Assembly: GCA_047495785.1 (NCBI GenBank)
Contig: JBLDXI010000001.1
Span: 4,774,001 to 4,838,000, forward strand
Direction: 5' to 3'
From: Lepidodermella squamata
Taxonomy: Eukaryota > Animalia > Gastrotricha
DNA length: 64,000 bases
Position numbers and translations under genes: made by a program
Notes under the pieces: generated by a model
The model's database searches: none
What the model was told of the DNA's origin: nothing
The model's input: the letters and a program-made list of their open reading frames with translations, nothing else
Shown: piece by piece, positions 12,074-24,010 of the stretch
Position numbering within the stretch: position 1 is the first letter of the stretch
Layout of the letters: each line of letters opens with the position of its first letter

Positions 12074-15000
12074 TCACGCGCGGAGGCTGGCGAAACGCTG
12101 GTACATCTCGTACAAATTGCTCGGCATGTCCGGCTTGAACAGCAGCTGCTCGAGCGGCAACTTGGCCAGCTCGGCCTGGTAGCGCAGCATGAACTCCTCG
12201 AAGCGCTGCGACACCCAGCGGTGCCACAGCGGGTTCGAGAGGATGCGCCCGGGCTCCGGGGCGCTTGATACCGGGTTCTCAGTCAGCGCCATGATGAATC
12301 GCTGACACACGATGAGGAACAGGTTTTTCAGCTCGTCTTGCAGTTTCGCGTAACGATCCGCATTTTTGCTCATTTTCTCGTCCAGCTCACTGACTACCGC
12401 GGCATCAGCGTCGGGCTAAAACGGAAGAAAAATTCGTAAAAACTACCTTCGAAAGAGGTGAAATTAGCCTATGAAAAATCGAAGGTGACAAAGCAAAGAT
12501 CTCATGAGTGGGGTACCGTTGGATAGCCCAAGAAACGGGCAGCCTGGACGTGTATAATGACCATCACCAAAGCTCATTTCCGCACAAAAATTAACAGACA
12601 TAGTTAGTAGAACATTTCTTTTTTCGGTACATCTTAGGTGAGTGCTGGGCCTCCAACTTAAAATGGGAATCTTTGATAGACCAAACCCCAATTTTGGCAT
12701 GTCAAAGCTACCCCACTGTCAAAGTCATTTGACGATGTCACTAAGTCGTAAACTTCGCCAACCCCCTTTTGACTTGTATTCGATCATTTGACTCTACCCT
12801 GAGCAGCAAGTGCACGTTTTTTGCGAAATACTGCCAAGTTCCAGTGGGAATTGCAAGAAACTGCCTGAAAACGCCGTTTACTGCCATTTTTCATCTTTTT
12901 TCAAAACTTACTGCAGTTTTTGGAAAAAACTGGAAGTTGAAAGCTGGAAACCGCAGTAACTTCGCGAAATTGACAGTTTTTCATGAAACTTAGGAAATTC
13001 GGCATTTTGCGACCCGAAGTTAACTGCCAGGTAAAATATTTCTTCGCCGCCGTAAAAAACTTTCGATTTTTCTTTATTTTCACTGCGAAGTGAGAAATAG
13101 TGAACGAAATTGAACGAAATTCGATGCCTCGACCTCTAGTTTTTTGCCGAAAATTCCCTGGCTCGAAAACTGCCTTCTACCTATCCGGATCAAACTTATT
13201 TTATTTATCATGAAATTTCTCGTTTTTCTCGATTTTACCTAATTTTTCCTAATTATTTACCTGGATCCGAAAAATTACCGAATTTTTATCGTTTTCAGCC
13301 TGAACCATCTAAAATATAAGAATGACAGCAAAATTCGATAATTTGGATTTTTCTTAAAAGCCAAATTTTTAATGACTGAAAATTGTCGCTCTAAATAAAA
13401 GCTGAAATAGGGCAAAATCATTGTTATTGGGGCGCTCGATTGTTGTGCACACAGGCCTCGGGGTGTTGCGTAATCACGCCATGCTTCAAAAATGTGGCTT
13501 TTTGGTTCCTTCAAATCATCATATTTTTGTTTTCAATTCCAAAACATCCATCCCTATGTCCTATTTTAGTAAGAATTTTTCGTCCGGCCTCAATTTCGCA
13601 TTCTGAGCTTCATCCTTGCCTTGCTACCAGGTGTGTCGACCATGCAATTTGGACAAGTCAGATATTTATCGAATTTTCAAGGTAATTTTGAAATTAATTC
13701 CGTTTTCTTTTATTTACCCGCAACTTTTGAAGGTTTGTCCTGCGAATCGATTTTGCAGTCGAACCAGTCTTAACGGGCCGTTCAGCAATTCGTAATGGTA
13801 TCGATGAATAATTAACAAGGTATTTTAGTGTTCAATTAATTTCAATTATTAATTTCAATTAATTTCTACAGGTTATCGGGCCTGCTCCAGTGGCGGTTTC
13901 TGCATCAGTCACAGCCGTTGTTCGAGCGTCTCGTGAAACATCATTCACTATTAACTTGACAATTTTTCAATTTTTTTTATTGATCAGTTATGATGAATAA
14001 AATGATACTTGCATCGACGGATTTGCGTGAAGGGTAAAACTGTCTTTTTTGAAACAGAGAGTGAAAGCCGCATTTCTAATAGTGAATGCGAAGTACAAAT
14101 GGCCCTGAGTGAAAGTTCTAGTGAAATTAGCAACGAGCAAGTAACTGCGCAGTAGAAACCATCTCTCACCACAAAAACTCTCACCGCAGAAAACCACCCA
14201 GAAAACTGTCCAGCTCGGCAAAAAACTAGACTTTTGACAGAATACTGCCAACAGAAAAACTCTCGCTAATTTGCATATTTAGTTTTTTTGATCTAGGCAG
14301 TTAAAAGGCCCGAAATTGTCGCTCAGGGTAATCCTAGATTCAACTTACTTTAAGATTAGCTTCATTGCGTTCGGCTTGCAGATCACTGAAATCGCGCTCC
14401 AGGCCAGTGACTTGAACCTGGAGGCCGTCGATAATGCCGTGGAGCAGCTCCCAGATGTAGCCGTTCGCAAGTTCGGGCAGCACCGCCGGCGAGAACATCC
14501 AGTTCGGAATCGACTGGTAGTGCACGATTTGCGCCTTCACCAGCTTGTCGACGACGACAACCAGCATTTGCTGGTGGTGGTGCCACACGTCGAACAGCGT
14601 CTGCAGCACTAACAGCTGCCCGTCGTCGCTCTGCGCGAATTCGAGCAGCAGAGGGTAGAATTTCGAAATTCCGGCCAAGATGTGGCTGAACGACTTCTGG
14701 CCGACGAAGGACAGCACTGAGACGAAAACATTGACAGCCAGTGGCGAATAATTCCGGATATCTTCGTATGCCTACGGAAAATTTAGAAAATAATCTGGTT
14801 AGAAATCGTAGCTTTTCCTATTGATATTTCAAATCAATTTCAAATTCCACTGAAACAAGCTCGAAAACGTGAGATTAAACCCTTCGCCGAGTGATAAAAA
14901 CCCTTCTAGTAAAGTTTTCGAAATTGAGCACAGAAATGCGTGAAATCACGAATGATTTACCTCGAAACCAGGCGCGACCGGGATCTCCTTGAGCAATTTG

Positions 15001-18000
15001 CCAACCTCCTCCGCCGAGCTTTTCTGCCGCAGCGCCTGCAGCAGAGCCGTCGCCTGCGCACTGCCGGGCAGCTCGTCCGAATTCGGCGCGTCGAACTTGT
15101 AGTCGATCGCCGGTTTCGCCGGCAGCACAGACGCGAACATTTCGATGTGGTCCTGCGAGACGATTTCCAGCAGCCGTTGGTGGTACGAGAGCCGCATGAT
15201 TTTTTGAAAGCACTCTGCCAGGAAACGAGGTTTCGGGCCCAGTGGGTCCATGTTGTGCACGCTTTCGGCCCACTCGTCCCACGACCAGCGGAAGGCGACC
15301 TGGGACAGGTGGTAGGCGAACCACGAGGCGAAACGAGTTATGCACGACACGTTCATCGACTCGAGCCGGTCGAACAAAATTTCGACAGCTTGGGCGAGCT
15401 GAAATTCAAATAACAAGAATTAGATTTCAAAGAATTCCAGAAGACGTTGAAGGATCGAAATGGAAAAGGGGTTGATCGAATTGTTCAACAAATTGTAAGT
15501 TAATTCGTGAAATTGCTTCGATACGCTTCAAATACGCTAATTTTCGATCTGATTTTTTTCATCAGTTTTTTGGATAATCGAATTTTGTAAAACCACACCA
15601 GGTCGCTCTCTTCAGTTTATGGGGTAAAGTTAGCATTTCGCTTCATATTCTCAAACATGTTGATTCATTTGCCTTCAATTTACCTCCAATTTGACTTGAG
15701 TCAAAATTTAATTCAGAATTTAATTTTGATAACAGTCTTCGAGATTCGGGGGATATGTGGTAGAAACTCGGATACTCGTCTAATTTCGAGTTAAATAATT
15801 GATCATTTTTGAAAACCTGCCCGGGTCATAAATTCCCAACAGTTCTCGGAAGAAAGATTTTTTATACTTTGGGTGTAAAGCCAAGTTGCAGTTCGCTTCA
15901 CAAAATTAGCTTCAGCCAAAAAATATACCAATAAATAGTTCGCAAATATACGATTTCGCCAACCTTAGAGATCGTTAAAGCATGTGCAAAACAAGAACTC
16001 CTCGACCGTTTAATCGTTATTTCATTATTTAAAGGTAAAACTTCAACCCGAATTTTCAAAAGATTTCATGGGAATTCTCTGTATGAATCAATACCTCGTC
16101 TTCAGGTTCCTTCAGGTTCCTTGTATGGTTCCTTGGCCTTAATTTTGAAGTATTATCTCGTCTTCAGGACTCTAAAGCTGATAATAAATAGCGCCAAGTC
16201 AAAATTGGCCAAAACTGACTTCACTATCTTTAACTATAATATTTCTTGTAACTGAAACGAATTAACAAAATTCAATTGGATTTTTTACATCTCGCGGTAA
16301 AAAACTATGATTAGAGAGAAGACATTCTCGGATAAATCTTTTTCTCTGGCGAAATCAATTCCAAACTTTGGCAAAAACTATTTGGCAAATGTGAACGAAA
16401 TTCTTTTGTTTTGGATTTAGGGGCTAAACATAAAATTCTCGAAAATCATACTGGCTCCTCATTTTTTATAATTTAAATCCGCTAAAGCACCATTTTCCAG
16501 TGCAAATAAAATTGAGTTTCGAGTAATGTACGACTTTAATCAAACAGGGACTTACCACTTGTGGGAAAGTAGTCGGCGCAAGTTTACAGATTTCCATGAA
16601 GGTCGACCCGTAGAAAATCTCCATGAGCGGCGGTTGAGGCATCGTAAACAACTGGCCGAGCAACACCTCGCAAATGCAGTACGACAGCGGAATTTTCGTC
16701 TCCGAAAACGCAGCCAGCAACTTCCGCGCAACATCCTTCCGCTCGGCCCAGGCCGCCCAAATTATACGCCGCAGTTGTTCTTCGATTATGTAACGTTCAA
16801 TCGACGCACTGGCCGGCATAGCCGGGGCGTCAACCACGTCAGCCGCGTCGAAAATGCGGAAAACAACCCAGGGTAGTGGGTAATTCGTCTCCGGGCTGTG
16901 CTCGGGCGGGATAATCTGAGCTGGCGTGTGCTGCTTGCCCTGCCTCAATTCTCGTGCGAAAAACGCCTTGTAAGGCCTGAGCAGCACATTCTCCTGCCAG
17001 CGATCTCTCTGCCAGGACGCGTACAACTGGCCCCACAACGCGTCGAGATAGTCGAGTTGGGCGTGGGGTTCGATGTTAGACCACACCTGAAGCAGGGGCA
17101 GGTAGGTCTTTTTACGCTTCGCAACGTACTGCTCAATGGCGACCATCAACTGCCGGACGTCTGTTTCGCGAGTTTGGTACAACTCGCGGCCGACCCACGG
17201 CAGCACGGACATTACCATGTAGGTGTACCAGTCTGACCGGGCCTGGGGGATGTTCTCCTCCATGGACACGTCGACTAAATTATTGAAAACTGTGACTAGG
17301 TAGGACGGGCTCAGCGCGTGGCAATTGTACAAATCAGCCAGGCCGCACAGTAGCAGACGGGATTTTTCGAATTCGTTCGATCGAACTGCGTCTTTCAGCG
17401 TGCGAACTAGAGCTTCGATGATTTCTGCGCCCGCCGCGAAACTTTTCGCGTTAATCAGGCCGACGAGTGTTGTGTAAACTGTCATTTTCTCCGGCATTTT
17501 TGTCAGTGATTCAATGATGACTTTGGAAATGTGCCCGCCGCAGCGTTTGATATCCTCATGTAACACATCGGCCAGTTTTTCGAGCTGGTACTCCAAAGGG
17601 GTTGAGACATCCTCGGCGATGTTAACAATCAGCTTTTCCAAACGACTTTCAATGGTATCTTCCTCCTGGTCTTCATCATCTTCCTGAAAAAATCAGAATT
17701 TTAGGCAAAATAATTTGGTTTCAAATCAATTTACCATGTCTTCATCGCGGTTGTTGAACGGCCTATTCGGTCCTCCGCGGCGGTTCTGAAATCGACGCTG
17801 CTTGAAATCCGTCCCGCCGTTATCCTGGTCTTGACCTTCTTGACCTTCGAAATATCGTGGCCTTTTGCGCTCACCCTCTTGCCATTCCCCACCTCCACCT
17901 GCACCGCCTTGGTTGTAATCTCCTCCACCGCCTCCGCCTCGATTACCCCGGTGGTAGCCACGGCCGCCGCGGTAACCACCGCCTCGGTAGCCGCGATTTC

Positions 18001-18124
18001 CACCCCGGTAACCACCGCCGTTACCCCCGTAATCGCCTCCTTGATCACCACCGCCGTAAGCCTGATCGCGATTGTAGCGATCTTGGCGCAATTGAGCTGT
18101 CGAGTAGCCTCCTCGATCGCCCAT
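12074..18124 (-). CDS. NCBP1: Nuclear cap-binding protein subunit 1 (CBP80); 5 exons (18124-17735, 17683-16556, 15398-14961, 14771-14349, 12415-12074)
   Basis: PEKMTVYTTLVGLIN, QARSDWY, YPLPWVVFRIFD, WFAYHLS.F.WSW.EW, KSFSH, LFLIVCQRFIM match CBP80; junctions in frame. Confidence 0.95.
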
Positions 18125-18202
18125 TTATCAATTAAAAATTCTAGAAATCAACGTGACAACATCCAAAATTACAATATTTCTTCCACCGAGAAAATAATAA
18201 GA

Positions 18203-19302
18203 TCAAGCCCGGGCCTTTTCTTTTTTCAAATCACCCTTGCCCCGTTTTTCCATTTCCGCAAAACGTTGTTCGTCCTCAGCACTCAACCGGCAGTGGGAGT
18301 CATCAGAACGGCATAAGTCAACAACATGGCCTTTCCCGGCTCGAATCATGTGGAAGAATGTCATTCCAGCCAGTCTTTCCAGATCAGCGATAGGTACCTA
18401 TAGAAGGAACTCGAATTAATAGCCCAAAAGTTAGCAAATAATCACTTGATAATCAGAAATTTTGGTTCCAGATGGAATCGGTTGATTTGGTACAACAAAT
18501 GCAGCAACGGCGTAAGGCTGGCCATTCTTTTCGACCAATATCGCCTTGTAAAGATGTGTTGGAACGTAAACGCCAGATTTTCCAATAAGATCAACAGTTA
18601 AAACCCGCTTATCTTCGCCTTTGGAACCTTTTGTTCTCTGAGGAACGAATAAAGGTCCGGTGATAACATAAACGGCGTCGTATTTTTTCGCCAACCCGCG
18701 ACAATACCATTCAAGCCTGTTCCAAAATCCGCTATTATTATCGCCATCTTGCGGTACGATGTTTGTTACTAAGCATAGAATCAAGTCACTAATACGATTC
18801 TTGCGGATAAAACAATCTTACAGAAAAAGGTGTCTGACATTGCTGAAATGTCATGTTTGTGATTGGCCGCAGCAGCCATGTGCCCACGCGACCAGCCTGA
18901 TCCAGCATAATCGTGATTTTGAGATGAAAACATGTTATCAACCATTGGATCAGGCTTGAAGCCGCCATTCTCTTGCGGAACATTCTGACGGCTCACTTTC
19001 CCAGACACATGCTCTTTCGTAATTTTTTCCGCGACGTACCGTGGTATCCGCCGTTCCAAATCGTATACAACCACGTGATTAGAATAGCTCAACGTCATGT
19101 AAGGAGATGGTTGACCATAACGGAAAATAGAATCATGGAGGCGGGAGTTCTTGGTCGGCTTCTCGCTGTATTCAATGTGTATTCCCGCATCAACTCCGAC
19201 TCGATCGGCGGGTTTTTCGGTCTCGCCGTGTTCTTGGGCTCTCCAGACGGCGGCGGCACCCAGAAAGCTGAGCGGTTTCGATAAAATAAGACGCCGGAAC
19301 AT
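18203..19302 (-). CDS. EXOG: Mitochondrial endo/exonuclease EXOG-like; 3 exons (19302-18822, 18768-18446, 18397-18203)
   Basis: FKPDP..DYAGSGWSRGH, NIVPQD.DNNSGFWNRLE.YCR, VPTHLYK; SRGH is typical of EXOG rather than the DRGH of ENDOG. Start MFRRLIL chosen as a likely mitochondrial presequence (an upstream ATG at 19398 is also in frame). Confidence 0.85.
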
Positions 19303-19899
19303 GAAAGCTTCGTCAAGAAGAAGGATTAGGATGGCGGAGAAAGCTCCTACGCACAGAGAGGCGAAAAGATGAGGGCACGTGGCGTTGCCCAACTTCATTT
19401 TTACCGAGTTTGAGATTTCCCGCGCGTTTCAGGATATTTGAAAATTATTTTGTTGACATATAAATTATAAATAAATGAATTTATATGTTGAAATACTTTT
19501 TTCTTATAAAAATATTTACTCGCATTTTTATAGGCGTCCTTAACTACCACGTTGTGGAATGTACCGAGGGTGGGTCACCGAACAACGCCGTCAATGTGTC
19601 TCTGACAACGGCGCTGCATTTACTAGCGGTCACCGTTGTGGGTCGATAAACTTATTACTCGGAGTGCTTATTATGATCGTAAATAGCAGCTTTGTTTATT
19701 TCTTGATCATCAAATTTCTCTCATTCATGCTGTAAATAAAAGTGGCCTTTGGCATTACAAACCGCTGATTGTTGTGTTATATGATACCTGATACCTTGCA
19801 TTTCGATTAGAAATTAGAATATTGTATTTCATCTCACCTCATGAATTTTACGAACATTTTAGAAGCTTTGTAAAATTGAATATTTTGTTACGAATCACA

Positions 19900-21411
19900 A
19901 TGGCTGAATATAGCTTGAGACGCCTCCTGGATATTGGCTCATTCAGAATATTACAAGAGAAGCTGAGCGATTGGTCGCGAAATTTCGCTTACAATAGCGC
20001 AGATCAGAATGTAGCTCGATGCTGTGAAATTGTTGAGCTCAACGCCAGAGTTCAAAATCAGCTTTTGCGCCTGCTATCATTGACAGCTGCCGAAGGTGAT
20101 CCTTATTGCAACAGGGCAGCCTTAAGAACGCGTCTATCTCCATGGCTCGGCGCATATTATTTTGCCCCAAGTGGATTTCTTACCAGCAGCACGGCTTTGA
20201 ACATCATCGAAGAAGCTGCTCGGGCTGATCGCGCTGTCTTAGAATCGGAAGTGGATCGATACAAGAGCTCAGTGAACAATTTAGAATTGGATTTACACCG
20301 CAAGACCATGGAAGCTGCCGATCTGCGGGCCGATTTAGTTGCAACCGAAGGAAAGCTTCAGGCCTTGCGAGCTGAATCTAGCACCGAGCGCATGTTTAGT
20401 GAACGTGAGGTTAGTGAACTCAAGCATGAAATCAGGTTGCGCGATGATGAAATCGCGTCGCTAAGAGCTCGTCTTGGTTTCACATCAAGTGAGCTGCTTG
20501 AACGTGATCGACGTCGTACTGATACCGACTTGGCGCTGGCACGAATTCGGGCGAGAAGCCGTAGCCCATCGCCTATTTTGTCGCCACGTCATCGCCCAAG
20601 GTCACCGTCTCCAGTTTCGATCCTCCGACGTCCGATTTCGCCCCTGCGAGCCCGTTCGCCATCACCAGTTCACGTTTCGCCTGTTCGTTACCGCACCCTT
20701 CCCGCAACAAGTGACCTCTCAGTCATGGCCTCAGGAGCTTCTACGCAACAGATCCGTGAACAAAGCCTATTGACACGTTACCACAACCTGTTTTCAATTG
20801 ACAGACAAGATGCATTAGACATTTTACGCCGCTACTCCGACGATCGTGAAAACAGTGAGAAAATCACATTCGCCATTATCCGTGAATCATTTTTCGCCGC
20901 GAGGAATGCATTCCGTGATTTTAAAGCGCGTGTTAGGTCGAATCTAGCGATTACCCACAAAGGCCCGGAAAGCTTGGACTCGGCTGTTAATGAATACATC
21001 GCGAGAAATGAAGATTTGGGCGACGTCCCTGCCTTGGTTCAAGACGTTTTACGTGCCTTGAATCGCGACTCGCGTATTTCCCTTCCGTTCTCGGTCTCCT
21101 ACACAATTTTGCAGCCGTTCATCCGCGAATGCTGCCGCTTAGCCTGGCAGATGAACTGTTTAGTTCGACCAATCGACGCAGCTTTCGCGTCTGAGGGTGA
21201 GCTGTTCGACGATTTGAAGTACCGCCGTTCTTACGACTCGGATTGGCCGGCGTCGCTGGTTAACCACCACATCTGGCCGTGTCTAATGCAGAGTGGCCGC
21301 GTGGTTGCTAAGGGCGAAGCTGTCACGCGCAACAGCACAGGCGCGTCAAGTGCCATTGCGCGCGCGCGAGCCCGATCGCGATCGCGCACTCGTAGCGTAT
21401 CACCTTACTAG
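19900..21411 (+). CDS. SPATA18: Mitochondria-eating protein (MIEAP/SPATA18), intronless CDS
   Basis: MAEYSLRRL..LQEKL..W..N.ADQNV.RCCEIVE..A.VQ.QL, coiled coil, RSRSPSP tract, YRRSYDSD..HIWPCL..VVAKGEAVTR. Confidence 0.9.
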   Translation: MAEYSLRRLLDIGSFRILQEKLSDWSRNFAYNSADQNVARCCEIVELNARVQNQLLRLLSLTAAEGDPYCNRAALRTRLSPWLGAYYFAPSGFLTSSTALNIIEEAARADRAVLESEVDRYKSSVNNLELDLHRKTMEAADLRADLVATEGKLQALRAESSTERMFSEREVSELKHEIRLRDDEIASLRARLGFTSSELLERDRRRTDTDLALARIRARSRSPSPILSPRHRPRSPSPVSILRRPISPLRARSPSPVHVSPVRYRTLPATSDLSVMASGASTQQIREQSLLTRYHNLFSIDRQDALDILRRYSDDRENSEKITFAIIRESFFAARNAFRDFKARVRSNLAITHKGPESLDSAVNEYIARNEDLGDVPALVQDVLRALNRDSRISLPFSVSYTILQPFIRECCRLAWQMNCLVRPIDAAFASEGELFDDLKYRRSYDSDWPASLVNHHIWPCLMQSGRVVAKGEAVTRNSTGASSAIARARARSRSRTRSVSPY

Positions 21412-22149
21412 AAAACAAATCAATCACACGACCTAGAAAACGAATTCGACGTTTTAGTAATTTTAGTGTTGTTGCATCAATTTTTATTATATGCCAAATT
21501 TAACAATTGAAATAATTCCATTGAAGAAGAAATAATCGCAAGAAAACGCGGCTGACTTTATTTTTTTAAATAAATCTCCAGGATACTCTTTTAAACGTGT
21601 AATATTTATTAAAAAAACTACCTTTTTCTAATGAATCTCGTCTCTTCGAAACTGGTTATCGTAAATTTATCCATATTATCTATTTTTCTCAATTTTTCCG
21701 TTCTCGCTTTTAATAAATCCTGATGATTGAAATCTACGCAATCCACTATAATATATTAAGTTATATATTTGAAGACGTGTGATTTTTATGCAACGTTTTA
21801 TTGCTGTTACTTGGACGAATTTTGGAGTTGACTAGAATGAATTGGCACTAGCACGATTTTTGATTGCCGTTATTGTTGTAATCGTCATCATATTTGCTAG
21901 TTGGATAAAATAAATTTAAATCGAGCGAAAAATTCTCTGGTTTGGCAGATTTTTGAAAATTGGCGGATCTGAATTTTGAAGGAATTTGAGAATTTCTCGC
22001 TTGATTGACCTCACCATTCCCACGTTTCGTTTGCTGTGATTTGAGCCGAAACTTGTGATGCATCATTATAGCGCGTGAAATGTTGTGAAGAATTAATAAA
22101 ATTTTATTGTATTATTTTCAATTTTTATTTTAGGCATTTTATTCAAAAA

Positions 22150-23803
22150 ATGGCTGCTGCTTGCATCAGTATGCAAGAGCCGACGCCTGAGGAGGGCACC
22201 CGGCGAAGAGTTTTCCTCAACCCAGCCGATGCAGATGGCTATTTGAAGGCGTCCCACTTTTCAATCGGCCAGGACCAGCGATTGAACGAAAATTGCCTGC
22301 AGACAGCCTACAAACACGACTACCCGCCACTGCCTCTGAACGGTCGCGCTCCGGCGATTCGGCACAAAGCCACCGAAAAATTGCTACCCGGCGACGATCG
22401 TTACCTCATCGAGCAAACTATGACTGAAACACAGGCGGAATATACGAAAAAACCACTCGGGGAAAAGGCTGATATTGAAATGTTGAAACAGCGACTGGGC
22501 GCGACTCATTACAAGCAGCACAAGGACGAGCGGGTGCCAGCTTGGCAGACGACCCATAAAACCGACTACCCTCCGCTTGAATTGAACCGGCCCGTCCTGG
22601 CAAAGGCCGTCGCCTCGGGTAATTTGGTATTCGGCGATCGTGACAAGGCGGAAAAGCCGGTTTCTAGTTACAACTCTGCGTATCAGGATTTTTCGGGCGA
22701 GCAGGCGCGCCCGGAGCCGGCTAAAATGGCGCGGGGCCCGCCGACCATTTCCGGCGATTTGCGGTCCAACAACTACTCTACAACGAATAAAGACCATTTC
22801 CATCCGTTGCCTGGGCAGAGAATGTTGGACAAAATCGTCCATCCGCATGTTGATTTATTTGGGACACGGGGTAAAAAATTCGAGGGCGTTAGCGAGTTCC
22901 GGGACAAGTACGTCGAGCAGAAGGGTGACAGAGCGCAGGTGGAGAGGCGCGGTCATGAGACGACGTTTCGCCAGGACGATGGGCGAGGCTTGGATGACTG
23001 GTCGACGACGCACAAGGAGTCGTACGTGCCTCAGGAGCAGGGCCCACTCGAGCGTGTCATGAAAGATTCGAATAAGAGCAGCATTCCGATGGGTGGCAAA
23101 ACGCCAGGCGAAGAAATGGTCTCCAATTATCAGCGAAATTATCTCGAGGTAAATTTGTTTAAATATTTAAATTTTTTGGCGAATTTTTAAATTTTTTAAA
23201 TTTAATTTTTTAGTGGCCAACAAAACCGACTGATTTGGTGAATCGCGATTCTGATCTCAAATACAAATCGCAGGTCGTATTTGGCGACCCGGCTCAGGGT
23301 GACAAGTTTTTCGAAACCACGCATCTGTCGACGTACCAGCCGTTTTCAGCGGCCCGCCCGGCCAAGGCGAATAAGGAGCTGCAAAAATCGCATTTGCCTA
23401 TCGACAACTGGGGTGCTGAAGTCAATATTCCCGAGTACAACGACCGCTATCAGTATGAACCCTCGGCATACGGGCCGCGTGAAGACCGGAGAGATGTCCT
23501 CGAAAAGGTAAATTATTCAAGGAATTTTATTCTACCAAATTTTTGTCGATTTTTGAGGTCAACTATTTTTTGCTTGAGTGCGTCATTTTTTCATGATTTT
23601 TTCATGTTTTTTTCTAGATATCGAGGAGCAATCTGAAATTTCCGGTCGACGACGATCAGCACTGGCGCACGACGCACAAATGCCATTACACGCCTAAACG
23701 GGCGGCGAGCGAGAAGTCGCACCTCGACACGCGGCGTTTCCAAACAAGCCACATCTCGTTCGGCGACGCCCGCATCAACCCTTTCGCAAAAGACTGCTAT
23801 TAG
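22150..23803 (+). CDS. TEX45/SAXO5-like microtubule inner protein with repeated TTH..Y motifs; 3 exons (22150-23148, 23214-23507, 23618-23803)
   Basis: YLKASHFSIGQDQRL N-terminus; repeated TTHKTDYPP/TTNKDHF/TTHKESY; in-frame GT-AG junctions; TAG at 23801-23803. Confidence 0.75.
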
Positions 23804-24010
23804 CCACGATCATGTCAAAACGTCAAATCAAAGCCACGACACTTTTTCTCATCATCAAAAAACGAGCAACAATCTGTGATATAAATAATTCTTTATTTTC
23901 GCTTCAATGAGCCGTTAAATATTATAACTGTTGTTAATGATTTTTTTATAATAAATACGCGAAGAACCAATAATTTGTTATTGTATAACAAAAAACAACC
24001 GCAAAAATTC

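Noticed and set aside
14316-18316. Plus-strand ORFs over NCBP1 (and similar ones over the FCSK, TEX45-like and B3GALT6 exons)
   Set aside because: Antisense shadows of GC-rich exons with no motifs
18203-19398. ENDOG
   Set aside because: SRGH and NNSGFWNRLE.YCR fit EXOG better
19822-19899. Longer N-terminus for SPATA18 (and 22075 for the TEX45-like gene, 52591 for B3GALT6)
   Set aside because: These are non-ATG ORF-caller starts; the downstream ATGs fit homology or start context better
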